Shown piece after piece: positions 12,521 through 24,915 of a DNA stretch of 64,000 bases. Source of the DNA: Azolla caroliniana. Its lineage: Eukaryota > Plantae > Polypodiophyta. The position numbers were made by a program, and so were the translations under genes. The DNA lies in NCBI GenBank assembly GCA_043228905.1, contig JBHGNT010000007.1:11718001-11782000 (forward strand), in the 5' to 3' direction. Under the pieces are notes generated by a model. It did no database searches and was not told the DNA's origin. It was given only the letters and a program-made list of their open reading frames with translations. Position 1 is the first letter of the stretch. Each line of letters starts with the position of its first letter.

Positions 12521-15500
12521 ATGTCTAGTAGGGGCTACCTTTGTAAATAACCCATATGATGTATGAGTATAAATACATCTAGGGCAAACATAGAACATAG
12601 GAGAACAGTGTGTTGTGTATAGTGTATGTAAAAGTAAGCATGCAAAAGCTTGACAAAACCGGTTTAGCCGAGCAACAACAGAGAATAGAAAACACAGGTT
12701 CAATGGAAGCTTGAGAATATTTAGCATACACGGGAGAGACAGAGAGAGAGCAGAACATAAAACTTTATTCTAAAATAATAATCCTTTGTGTCACACACTA
12801 TACAACGTGCTAAACATCATTATTTATACAAGTCCTTGAAAGGACTGACAATACCCGACCAGCTTCCCAGCTATACCGTCCTCGGTCCTTCGTGCCGCTC
12901 ACATATCACAATAGTCGGTGCACGCACTAAAGGTGCTCCACGGTCGACTTCTGCATAAACTGGCTGATCACCCCGACTGGATAATTGATGTTGGGTCGGG
13001 TGATCGTCAAGTATATAAGGCTTCCGACAATTTGTCAGAACCGTTTCTCATCGCAGACTAGGCCGGAGTCGGGACGTAGCTTCAGGTTCCGGTCCAGGGG
13101 TGTGGAGATTGCTCAGCATTCCATCATGATGAACTTGTACAGCATATTCAGCACATGCCATCGGGGGTCCGGATCACCTCGATCCCAAGAAAATAATGAA
13201 GATTCTCCAGATCCTTCATTTCAAATGCATCTGACAACTCAGACTTCACTCCGCTGATTTCATCCAATCCGGCTCTAGTGATGACTAAATCATCAACATA
13301 TAGCAAGATACAAACCAGACCGTCTGGACCTTTCTAGATGAATAGTGAGGCCACAAACTCCATCTTACGCAACTAGTGTGTGATCTTCGCATTTCAAGCT
13401 CAAAGGGCTTGCTTCAGACCGTAAAGAGACATCTTGGGTCGGCACACTGCCAACTTGTTCATCTCCCATTGGAATCCAGGGGGGTTGGATCATATAGACC
13501 TGTTCTCCAGGTCACCTTGAAGAAACGCATTCTTCATGTCCATTTGGTGAGCATGTCATCCCCTTGCCGCAACAACAACCAGTACCACACGAACAGTCAT
13601 CATCTTCGCTACCAGAGCAAAGATCTCGTCGTAGTCGATTCCATGGGTCTGTGTGTATCCCTTTGCCACTAATTGGGCCTTGTACCAGTTGACCGAACAG
13701 TTGGCATTACTTCACCTTATATACCTATTTGCAACTGATCAGTTTACATTGTCGGGGAGGGTGAACCAGGTCCCATATGTCATTGGCATCAAGTGCCCGC
13801 ATTTCTTCCTCCATAGCAGCACGTCAATTTGCGTCTTCGCTACTTCTACGTAGCTCTTTGGCTCACGCACTTCCACCACCTTAGTCATGTACGAATAGTG
13901 ATGTGCCATGTACTCATTGTATCTGTACCTTTGGATGGGGTTCTTCTGACGAATTGAGCGGCGTGACTTTTCGGTAGTCTGTTTGAGGCTCTTCTTGGCC
14001 GGTTCGGACTTCCTTTCTAAAGATCCGCCTTCTTCCTTTCCGGGGTCAAATTCGTTCCGATCCGACCCTTCACTATCGGTATCATATTCTAGCATCTTCT
14101 TCTTCCCCTTGTCTTTGCGCGTGAACCGTCTCCTCGGTTCCTTGCGTGGGGAGAGCACAGTAGAGTCTCCACTACTCACCGGTTCTTCATCCAACTGGTC
14201 ATCCCGACTTAGCCGCCCATTCGGTCCACTTAACCGAAATGAGATTGAACTCTCATCTAGAGTACCGAATCCTTCATCTTCTTCTTGAACTTCTCTGGGT
14301 TCACTAGCCTCATACTCCGGAATCGGATCTTCGTCGGGAGTTGGAGTTGGTAGGGAGTACCATGATGCCGACTCATCAAACTCGACATCTCGACTTACTC
14401 GTACCTGTTTAGTCTGGCAGTTATAACACTTATACCCCTTTTGTTCATGCAAGTAGCCGAGGAGTATGCTCTTCTCTGATTTCGGATCCAGCTTCCTCCG
14501 CTTCTCATCCGGTACATGCACATATGCTATGCTACCGTATATCTGAAGGTGTCTCAAATTTGGCTTCCGCCCGAAATACAGCTCATGTGCAGACACCTCG
14601 TCCCCGATCCTATTTGGATGTAGACAGCATCCGGACCGCCTCAGCCCAGTAGAATTTGGACATGCTCTTCTCCTCCAGCATTGCCCTTGTCGCATCGACA
14701 ATCGACCAGTTCTTTCTTTCGGCCACACCGTTTTGTTCCTGTGTATATCGATAGCTGAATTCTCTCTAAATGCCTTTCTACTGCAAATAACTGTTGAATT
14801 GGCCAGAAAAGTATTCTTTCCGCCATCCGACCGCAGACACTTTATCTTCCTCTCCGTTTCCCTTTTGACTAAGCTTTGAAGGTTCTGGAAACAATCCAAG
14901 AATTCTCTTTTCTTCTCGATGAGGTAGATCCACATGTGTCGGTTGTAGTTTTCCATGAAGGAGACAAAATACCGACTCCCGCCAAAGCTAAGGTTCTATG
15001 TCGGTCCTCATACATCCCAATGGATTAGATCGAGCTTGTTACGGCTCCGGTTTCATTCAGTGGGGAATGGAAGCCGGTGTTGCTTCCCGAGTTGGCAGGC
15101 TTCACATATTTGGGCCTTCCGGCCACTAAACTTCGGCAATCCGACCACAACTTGTTTCGATTGCAAATCTTGAAGCCTCCTGTAGTTGACATGGTCGATG
15201 CGCTTATGTCAGAGATCGATGTCCGATTCAATCTTCTGTCCTTTGGCAAACATGGCGATGCCGACGTCATTTGTGTTGAGGATGATCATCCTCCCTTCCC
15301 TACACCCTTGCGTGATTATCCGGCCTTCTTCCTCGATGAAGCACCCGAGGTGTGTAAACCACACTTGCATTCCGTGGTCGAGGATTTGTCCGACCGACAC
15401 CAAGTTTTTTGTGATTGTCAGAACGTGTAGTACGTTCATCAACTTTCCCTTTTGTCCAACATGGCTTAAAGGGACTTCTCCGACATGCACAATTGGGTGA

Positions 15501-18379
15501 GGGGTGTCGTCTCCGGTTTCGATGATTCCCGGTTGTCCCGGTTTCTCCAAAAACAAGAACCACTCTTCGTGGCTTATCATATGGTTTGACGCTCCGGAAT
15601 CAACATACCATACTTCTTCCGATCCAGAAGTGGTCTTCGTCATCGAGTTCGCCTTGTGCTTCATCACGAAGGCTGGCCCTTTTTTGGTCTTCCTGGCTCC
15701 GGATCCTTCCGATCCTTCTGGGTAGTGCGAACTTTGCCGGTTCCCTTGTTCGACCTTGTCGGATTCGGATTTATCCGAATCGGCACACTTCTTCCAAACA
15801 CTCTCTCTCTCTTTGGCCTTTCTTGCCACAATACCAGCATTTCGTGTCAGCTTTCGACTGCCGGTTTCCGACTCCGACTTGACTCCCCCTGCTCGTGGAG
15901 GGTTCAGAACTACTGTCGACACCGTCTCTGTGCCTTTGGTATTTCTCTTGCTGGCCACCTCCATTGCGTGCCGACCCACCTCGTCCCCCACACCCACGGG
16001 GTCGATCCGCCTCCATGTACAACATCCAACTGTCTGATTGAGTGGTTCTCGACCTACTCAAGTTGTTTTGCTTCGACCATCAACATGGATTGTAAGTCGA
16101 TGAAGGACAGTGGCTTCTCCCGGGTGCAAATTACCATCTGAATTGGCCCATACCGTTGTGCTAGACCACCAAGACAGATCTCGACCATCTCGTCTTCTTG
16201 CACAGTTACGTTGATGGATCCGAGTGCATCGTAGATCTCCTTAATCTTGGTGGTGTTGTCCGTAACCGACATATCTCTCTACCGGATGTTGTTCAACTCT
16301 TGCCGGAGCTGCAACTTACGGGTTGCGGTACTTGCAGTGAAAATCTTCCGTAGATTTTCCTAGGCCTCCTTTGGGGTTTTTGAATCCTTGATGTAGCCGA
16401 CCATTTGATCCTGCACACCGGACGCGAGGCAGTACAATACTCAGCTCACTCCTTGCTCCCATGCCATGAAGTCTTTGTGTGTCAGCTCTGGTGCTACCTC
16501 GTTGGTTCCTTCCACATAGCTCCAATATCCATGCCCCAACAGGTACTGGTGCATTTTATATGACCACGAAGCATAGTTGCTCCGGTCGAGCTTTTCTGTG
16601 GGAAGCGAGCTTGCCATACCTTTGTCCATTTTGGTTCTCTACTATTCTTCACTAGGTGTTAGGGTTTGTCTTCGAAAGCTTCTGTCGGCTGCAGAGGAGT
16701 CTCAACCCTCGCACTCTGATACCATGTAAAAGTTAGTGTGTGGAAGCTGGACAAAACCGGTTTAGCCGAGCACCAACAGAGAATAGAAAACACAGGTTCA
16801 ATGGAATCTTGAGAATATTTAGCATACACGGGAGAGACAGAGATAGAGCAGAACATAAAACTCTATTCTAAAATAATAATCCTCCGTGTCACACACTATA
16901 CAACGTGCTAAACATCACTATTTATACAAGTCCTCAAAAGAACTGACAAGTACTTTAATGCTCATACGAGCGACTATCACTGACTCCCAAAAATATGCCT
17001 ACACACTAGGCTGGATCCGTAGGCCTCTAACGGCCTACCGGTTTCAATCCAATCTGGCTCTCTGATCCGGCTCTTAGTTCCGAATATCATCGGGACACCG
17101 ATCCGGTTCTCCGTTCCGGATACCGATCCGAATCCAGTTGAGCTTGCTCGCTCAACAATGTAGAATAGTGAAGTGCGTGCATGTGAGAGTAAGAACAATG
17201 AGAGAGTGACGCCATAGTTGTGTGTAATAACAAGTGCCAAGAGCCCTGTGAGGCTTATACACTCCAGAGAGAGTGTTGTAATCTTCTCCATTTGTATATC
17301 CATTATATAGTGAAGCTCTGGTCCCATGGTTTTTCCCTTGCTCAGGGTTTCCACGTAAAATCGGTGTGCATTGTTTTGTGTGTTTTGAGTTGTGTATTTT
17401 CAGCGTATTCTTCTTGTGGATTAACAATTCATTTCTCTACAAATTGGTATCAGAGCTTGAGATGCAAGCATGGAAGGAGGTGTGAGCGGCTTCCTAGGTA
17501 TGATAGTTCTAAACTCACAAAACTATGCAGACTGGAAGATAAAGATGCAAGACCTTCTCATAGTCAAAGACTTGTACGAGTCGATTGATAAAGCAAAAAT
17601 ACCCACAGGGGTATTAGAATCGGAATGGAAACTTCTTAACAGATGGGCGGTGGCCACCATCCGATAGTGCGTCGATGTAAGTGTCCTTCAACATGTGGCG
17701 AACAACACAAATGCTCTATTAGGTCTATACGAGAGGAAGAACACCCTAACTAAAACCTCACTGATGAGAAAGATCGTACGGCTGAAATACAGAGACAATG
17801 AGGGCATCGTCGAACACATCAGCACATTCATGGGGTATGTAAATCAACTTGTTGCAACCAAGTTTCCCCTTGATGATCTGATGTAGGCCATCCTACTGAT
17901 GTGCACACTGCCGGTTAGCTGGGAGAACCTGGTGGTTACTCTCAACACCTCCAACCAAGAAGAGAACTTGTCTTTACAAGTGGTGAAAACAAGCATCCTG
18001 AATGAGGAAGCGAGAAGGAAGGACAAGGTTGTCCCGTCTCATTCAGATGCGAATGTGTCACAACATTCGGACAGAGGGAGGAACCGATAAAGAAGTCCAT
18101 AGAGGAAGGACAAATGCCACACCAAATCGAAGCCCAAAGGTAAGCTAACATGCTTTTATTGTGGAAATCCTAGACATTTCCAAAAGGACTACCGACATCT
18201 TAAGAAGGACAAGAGTGTCAGTAATAATGTTGAACCCCATGAATATTTCTGATGAAAAGTGTACTTTGGCCATTGCTACGAGCAATGAAGAACTCCTATT
18301 CATTTGTGAACGGGCAAGTGCAAATCTTGCAAGCGACGAATGCACTTGGGTGATCGACTCCGGTGCATTTTTCGGGTGA
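12521..18379 (+). mobile_element. Copia family C remnant: 5' LTR (interrupted by 12627-17157, ends 17441), PBS, gag and start of protease
   Basis: PBS TGGTATCAGAGC at 17445-17456; gag LNSQNYADWKIKMQDLL, LPVSWENLVVTL, degraded Zn knuckle; stops abruptly after WVIDSGA. Confidence 0.85.
12627..17157 (-). mobile_element. Copia family B element: 5' LTR 16725-17157, gag-PR-INT-RT decayed, RNase H/PPT deleted, 3' LTR remnant 12627-~12850
   Basis: PBS complement ACTCTGATACCA at 16713-16724; the two LTR ends are colinear; imperfect TSD GTGTA/ATGTA; ORFs 13739..14956 (INT), 15209..15997 (PR) and 16441..16629 (gag). Confidence 0.93.
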
Positions 18380-19819
18380 GTTAATTAATTTTTATTATGT
18401 AAATTTATTTTGCAAAACAAATGGTTTTATAATATTCTTGGGACCATTTCTTATTCTCGAATATTGTGAATATCATGCATGGAGAAAATCACGAATATCA
18501 TACCTATGAAACCATACTTGAAGGAAAAATATACATAGATTCATATGAATCTATGTATATATTTCAATGAATGACAAAAAGGGGATATGAATAACCCTAT
18601 TCTTATAATGTTTTCTTGTAAACTTTAAAAAACGCAATGCAGACTATGGGATTTTTTTACCCCAATGTGTCGTGTCATGTTTCACTATAGAAACGTTGCT
18701 AGTTTTTTGAATGCGATGCTAAACATCTTAGTGATGCATGCTTTCTATGATGTTTAGTGTAGCTTTTTTGTTAAAAAGAGAATGTATGTATGTGACCTTA
18801 AGGTAGTAGTACATGGTCAAGTTAAGTTTTGTTTTACAATGATTAACTTACAAATAAAAATTAGCATAAGATATCCACTATGACTATTAATGAGGCAAGA
18901 AATGAAACACACTATTACAGTCCATAGAGAAAAGATAGTTGAAAAAAGGGGCCAAATGAGATTCTATCTCTACCACTAGAGCAATGTGTTTTTGAAAATG
19001 TTGGTTTTCAAATTTGCAATCTCATAAACCATTTCATTTTGTAGAGGCTGTTGTTGATGATAAAAAAAAGTTTGAGAAGATTATACAAAACACACCACAG
19101 ACAATACACACGTTAATGTCACAAAACAATTTCCATATTCATAACATAGCTCCAAATTATTATATTTTTAGCCATGTGCATGTAATGTGTACAAAGAATT
19201 GACAGCAAATTTCCACATTTTGGCTTTGTTTGCCTTAAATATTAATCAAATCTTTTCGTATGTGTGCACTGCCATTTGCTTCTTTCTAAAAATGTCATAT
19301 ATTTCATATGTCCATAGACAAAAAATGCTTCTAAAACCTTCAGCCATATAGGATACTGGGGATCGCATGCTTTAACCTTTTCAGAAAGCACGACACATTG
19401 GACCAGGTGACATCATATAGACATCTGTTACAGGTGCCCTCAAATGATACTTTTTGATCCTGCATCGATGTCAAATTTATAAATGAATAAAGAAAAGAAG
19501 TGGGTGAAACATATTATTATAAACATTAGTTTTCTTTTATGCTAGTCAAACTCCATATATTTAATCACATCACACTATTGATCCTGACCTGGGCCCCTCT
19601 GGATTTACTCACTTTTGCTGTGGACATCAACCACTGGAACATTTCCACCAATATTATTGTATATCCTAAGGAATGGACATTGTTCTTGACATGTCTACTT
19701 AAAAGTTTAACCCAGAGCAAAGTTGCTACAATCTCCTAAACATGGCAGTTCCTCTTATGTGGATCTTTACCGTACTAAGAGACTAAATCACTACGTGATA
19801 TTCAAAGGAATGCTACTGC

Positions 19820-20090
19820 ATGGAAGTGTTGTGTATGTATATGCGGGTAGCATATTTCTGCAAGTTTGTGTATATATTGGTATATGTGGGTAGCATATTT
19901 GCGCAAGTTTATGTGTATATATCTGTATATGTGGATAGTGTGCACATATGCGTATGTGTATGCATGTGGGTACTCAACTTGTGTGCATGTGTTAGTATAG
20001 GTGAGTAGACTGTGTGTGCATGTGTTAAGTGTATGTGTATCAAATGTATGTGCATGTGTAGATGTATGTGTCTATGTGGGTTATGCCAAA
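19820..20090. repeat. Degenerate (GT/AT) microsatellite-like tract
   Basis: Repeated tgtgtatatg/tgtgcatgtg words. Confidence 0.75.
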
Positions 20091-20717
20091 TATGAGTTTT
20101 TTGCTCAGAAAGGACCTAGATTTCTACATTGGGTTTTAACTAGTAAACTTGTAACTATTATTCTGGAATGGTTCTATTCATCTAAATGTCTACATGAATG
20201 TGGGGATGCTGATGTATTATGAAACTGTGTGTAATACCCACCATATTGTGAGTCACTCATCACTTATGACCAACTGTATTGTGGCCAATCTATTTCTAAC
20301 CCACATAGGCCATTTTCAGGCATTCACTTTGGAAAATCTTTACATGTTATCAACACTTCAGAGGATACAGAAATTTACTCTCTACTTGAATGTTCCTAGT
20401 CTTCAGATATATATGGTGACTTGATACTAATCAGATTGTAAACATTTTTGTGATTTTTCACCTTATACTGACGTTTCCCATTAGCAAAATACCCCGAGTT
20501 CAGAAACTTTACCAGAATACCCGTCAGTAGTACAAATAGGGTAGATTCTGCTCATTTCTCAATACTCTAATACTGGAAAAAGAGGACTGTAGTATGGAGG
20601 AGAAACAAAGAGACATACCTGAATTTCAATCCATCAGAAGTGGTTGAATTACATGGATTTGGAGAACTGTTCCTCAGATCAAAACTTCCTTGAAGCGATT
20701 ATTGATCTTCATTAAAA

Positions 20718-21812
20718 TCATGATTTGTAATCATGTGGAATTGTTGAGTTTGGTGATCTGATCTCTTCCATTTCATGGAATGATGGCAGCCTCCTTATCA
20801 CCGTAGGAGAATTAGATGCCTTTCTAAGATTACGTAGCCAATCCGGCACCTTTAATCTAGCTTTTCTGATAAATTTGCTATCACTACGTGTACCTTGATA
20901 CCCTGAATCAGCATTCCCAAACATAGAAGGAAAAGGTTTAGGCTTTACACCAACTATCTCTTTCAACTTTTGATCGGATTTTTCCATCGTTTGGTCATAG
21001 TCTTGTGCAACCTCTTCTGAAATATAAAGCAAGGATACAGCTGTGTTTTTCTCAGCTACAGTCACCATCTCTTTCTTCAACTCAAAGTCAGAAAACAATG
21101 GGACGAGCAAACTGCTCTCTACTATGTTTGCCATCTCTTTCACGTTAAGATCAGGTACAGATGATAAACCCTTGCTTTTTTCATTGAAAGGTCTAGGAAG
21201 GGTAGCAATATTGGTAGCATAATCAGTAGTATTCTGATCAAAAGTAGGATTTGGGAACATGACAATTGCCCTATCAGATGTCTTAGTCTGAGGAAACCTC
21301 CATGTTTTTCTTCGGTAAGATTTCACCTCTTCAATATGAACGGAAAACGTTGACATCGATGAATCTGAGGAGTTGAAAAGAGAGGAACAATCCTCTTCAT
21401 CAGTTTGTTCAGCTTCTACATAAGGTTGGTTAAGGGTTTTGATATCTTTCCCTTCAATCTCATCTGGTTGCAATAATTTCTTTAGGGATATTAAGGAGCT
21501 TCCTTTCCCTATCTGAGGACATTGAAATTCACCAGGGCTTTGGCTATCAATTGTCGCAGCTTCTGGGTCCAAAATTTTCCTCAACTTCACATGATTCATG
21601 GGATGTAATATGTCCTTCAGTTTTCTAGATGATGGAAAATGTGTTCCACCTTTATTTACGAAGCTATGTTTAGCCTCCCCATCTTGTTTATCGGAAGATA
21701 TAATTTTGTCATGTTTACAGTTCTCTTGATGGGTCGTCCTCTTGGAAGGACGCAGTAGAGTGATAGATGATTGGTAATGCGGATATCGTGACATAGTTTG
21801 GATCTTCATCAT
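20718..21812 (-). CDS. Uncharacterised 364-aa hydrophilic Ser/Lys/Glu-rich protein, probable host gene; start and exon structure uncertain
   Basis: 1095-bp uninterrupted ORF in AT-rich non-TE DNA with no TE motifs. Splice-like sites flank it (CAG|GTATGT near 20618, TTCTACAG| near 22268, CAG|GTAC near 22349), and microsatellites typical of a 5' leader lie at 22603-22730. Confidence 0.6.
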   Translation of the reverse strand: MMKIQTMSRYPHYQSSITLLRPSKRTTHQENCKHDKIISSDKQDGEAKHSFVNKGGTHFPSSRKLKDILHPMNHVKLRKILDPEAATIDSQSPGEFQCPQIGKGSSLISLKKLLQPDEIEGKDIKTLNQPYVEAEQTDEEDCSSLFNSSDSSMSTFSVHIEEVKSYRRKTWRFPQTKTSDRAIVMFPNPTFDQNTTDYATNIATLPRPFNEKSKGLSSVPDLNVKEMANIVESSLLVPLFSDFELKKEMVTVAEKNTAVSLLYISEEVAQDYDQTMEKSDQKLKEIVGVKPKPFPSMFGNADSGYQGTRSDSKFIRKARLKVPDWLRNLRKASNSPTVIRRLPSFHEMEEIRSPNSTIPHDYKS

Positions 21813-22602
21813 GTAACAAGTTTGTTATCATCCACCACATTTGTTGTTGTAAGTGCATGGTGTATTAAGAAAGCTAGTATTCTATCATCTCCTTCACTCA
21901 TCTATTGAACATAGAAACTTAAACCTGGATAAATTATTGTGGAAGTCATATGGCTCATATGCTATTCATAAAGAAGAAAATAAAGGGAGGGGATAACACC
22001 AGAATACCTGTGCGATTCGAAAACTCAGCAGGTAACATCCTATAGGAGTTAGTGGTAGACTAACTTTGTACAACAAAGAGGTAGTTTGGTCAACGTACAA
22101 AAAGGAAGGGGATTTTGGTTGTTCTGTTCTTTATTTAAAAAACAGGCAGTCATCATTCTCCGGATGAATGAACAAACTGATGCAAGTCCTTACAAACCTA
22201 CGACAGAGCCTAGAATCAGAAATGATTTGAAAGCATGACGATTATGATAACAACTCCACCACGGCTACCTGTAGAAATGCTCCATAGAATATACATGTTT
22301 ATTGAACATAAAAAGCATATATGTGAAAGAAAGGGTGACGATTAAAGTACCTGACCAGACGACAAATTACTCACAAAATATGTGGACTTTTGGAAATAGG
22401 AGACTGTGACTTATGGCATCAGAAGACTTACGGAAACTTTCTCCGGTGGTAAAAACCGAAGAAAAGACGATACAATAATATGTATCTATGTATCTGTGTC
22501 TGTGCTTTTGTCTGTCTCTGCCTGCCTGTTCATAAACTAGATAAATTGTAGACCAACAAAAGAACGACTGTGGAAATGAAATATAGAAATAGAGCGGTGG
22601 TG

Positions 22603-22698
22603 TGGTAAGGGTAAGGGTAAGGGTAAGGGTAAGAGTAGGAGTAATCAGAGGAAAGAAACAGATGGAAGGGAGGGCAACAACAAGAACGTCGCCAAAGC

Positions 22699-22730
<32 letters not shown>
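22603..22730. repeat. (GGTAAG)n and (GAT)n microsatellites
   Basis: Directly visible. Confidence 0.9.
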
Positions 22731-24369
22731 GGGGAAATTGAATTGACTAGCGATGCTTCGTTCACAGAAGACACGAAATGCAAAGGAGGACGAATCAATT
22801 GAGAATAAGTTTCCAAACTAATAATAATTAATTATTTAATAGAAGCGTTGTACATACATATGTACATACATAGTTGTATGAGTATGTATGTATGTATGTA
22901 TGTATTTGTTATGGACGATGGATTGGAATGGAATGTCCCTGTCTATCTCCTACAAAATCATAAGGAGCCCGGCCTTACGGACGGTGCAGGGTGCGTAGTT
23001 GGAATGGAATGCTCGCTCGTGTCTATCTCCCTCTCACCAAATCATAAGGAGCCCGGCCTTCTTGGCGAGGGAATCATGACCACAAACGGTGTCAGGCACG
23101 TGCAATTTGCACCGTATGATCTTTATCTAAAAAAGTGTGTGAGTTTCACCAAGAGCCTAAGTCTAACATCCTCTGTGACCAAGAGCCCGACTCTCTGGCT
23201 ACATGCACCCGACTGACTTAGGTAGGAGCCTGACCAATGTCATGGTGTGACATACTGAATGGCTAAAATAATAAAGTAATCAGTAATTCCCTAGGTTCAG
23301 TAGGTGTAATGTTTGAATCTTTGCGAAGCCAAGAGGACTCATTTTGCGTCTTGGTCAATTTTGGGGTCTTCTATGTTCTCTTTTTCTCCTACTTCTTTCT
23401 TTTTTAGGGACATTTGGTTTTAGGGTTTCAATAGTTTGGAGAAGAAGAACCTCTCCATTTTCAACGGTCAAGGCTCATTTTCCTTCTTGGTCAATTTTGG
23501 GGTCTTCTAAGTTTTCTTCTTCTTCGACGTCTTTCTTTTTTAGGATTTCAACATTTGGTTTTAGGATTTCGACATTTTGGAGGAGCTCTCCATTTTTTAA
23601 GTTGTCGCGATGACACGCATGTGCGTTCTACTCGAGTGGGAGCATGAGGGTCTTAGACAAAGAGTCAAAAGGGAAGGGAAGTCAAAGATTCGTGCTTGTC
23701 AAGGGAAACTTGTCGACCCTCGTTTGTTGATCTTACTCGTCGACCTAACTTGACCTTAGCTCATCAACCTCACTCGACGACGAAGCCTTACCACATGAGT
23801 GCACGAGGTGTGGTGATACGGCAAGAAAATGATTAGAGCACTAATGCTCGGATGCCTTTGTAAAAGGGAGATGCATGGGCATGCTTGAATCAATTCCAAG
23901 TCACTAGTACAAGCAAACGCATGAGAAGAAAGTTAACACACAAGGCACAAATGTTCAGATGCCTTTGTGAAATGCACGAGATGGAACCTTCTTAGCATGT
24001 GATCTAGATAGATTGGAAATTGAATAATTTGTGATACCGAAAATAAGTTAATGGTGAGTGAAGAGGTGTGACACCCATGTTGTTTATCACTCTCTACACA
24101 ACCTTATCAAGGGGTGTGATTCAAGAGGTGTTTTGATAAGCAATATATCTTGATACTAAAGCTTTTCAAGCAATATATGTGTTACATGGTTCAAGGCACA
24201 TTTGACATACATATCAATCACACTATTGACAGTACAACATCTCTTTCGAGTACACATTTTTCTATGAACTTGGCGTGAAAACTATGGCCATTTTCTACGG
24301 CACCAATAATGCCACAAACTTCGGAGATCCACATACTAGATCAAAGTTAAAGAAAAAAAATTGAACACA

Positions 24370-24502
24370 TTCCAAATACCACATATATTTCAAAAGACCA
24401 CATATATTCGAACGACCACATATATTTCAAAAGAGCACAAATATTCCAAATACCACATATATTCAAAAGACCACATTTTTGGAAGACCACATATATTCAA
24501 AA
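24370..24502. repeat. ~19-bp tandem repeat (ACCACATATATTCAAAAG-like), about 7 copies
   Basis: Directly visible. Confidence 0.85.
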
Positions 24503-24589
24503 TTTCATGACCACTCAAAACTTCCAAAGAGTTGCACATGTTAAATATGTAATGTATGCTCAAATTGAGCTGAAATACTACCCTCTATT

Positions 24590-24750
24590 GCAATATAAAT
24601 AAATGTAAGTATATCATGAGGTACTTCTTTTGCTTGCATTTGCTCAAGCACATTTGTACAATTTTTTAGTTTGCAAAGGTAAGCAAAGGTGTTCCCTCTA
24701 CCATCCATTTGCATGATTTCCAAAACATTTAGAGTTGTTTTGTGAATCCC
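24590..24750 (-). pseudogene. Possible PPR gene fragment
   Basis: VLEIMQMDG..NTFAYLCKLKNC and VLEQMQAKEVPHDILTF resemble PPR motif ends (EQMQxxGVxPDxxTF). Confidence 0.45.
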
Positions 24751-24783
24751 GTAGCTTGGAGGATCCATCACTAGATTGCAACC

Positions 24784-24915
24784 TATCATATTATCAACAT
24801 CTTCATCACATGAAACAAATATAAGTACATCGAGATCTTCATTTGGTAGCTGATATTTGAACAAAACAAGTTGTCCATACAGCTGTTGCTATCATGGCCG
24901 TAACCAAGTACGAGT
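24784..24915 (-). pseudogene. Fragment of a plant PB1 (octicosapeptide/Phox/Bem1p) domain gene
   Basis: QQLYGQLVLFKYQLPNEDLDVLIFVSCDEDVDNMI matches the plant PB1 signature KYQLPxEDLDALxSVxxDEDxxNM; frameshifted upstream and no rest of gene. Confidence 0.85.

Noticed and set aside
11730-12525. TSD for the LTR at 11735-12520
   Set aside because: Flanks CATTA and ATGTC do not match, so it is not called a clean solo LTR.
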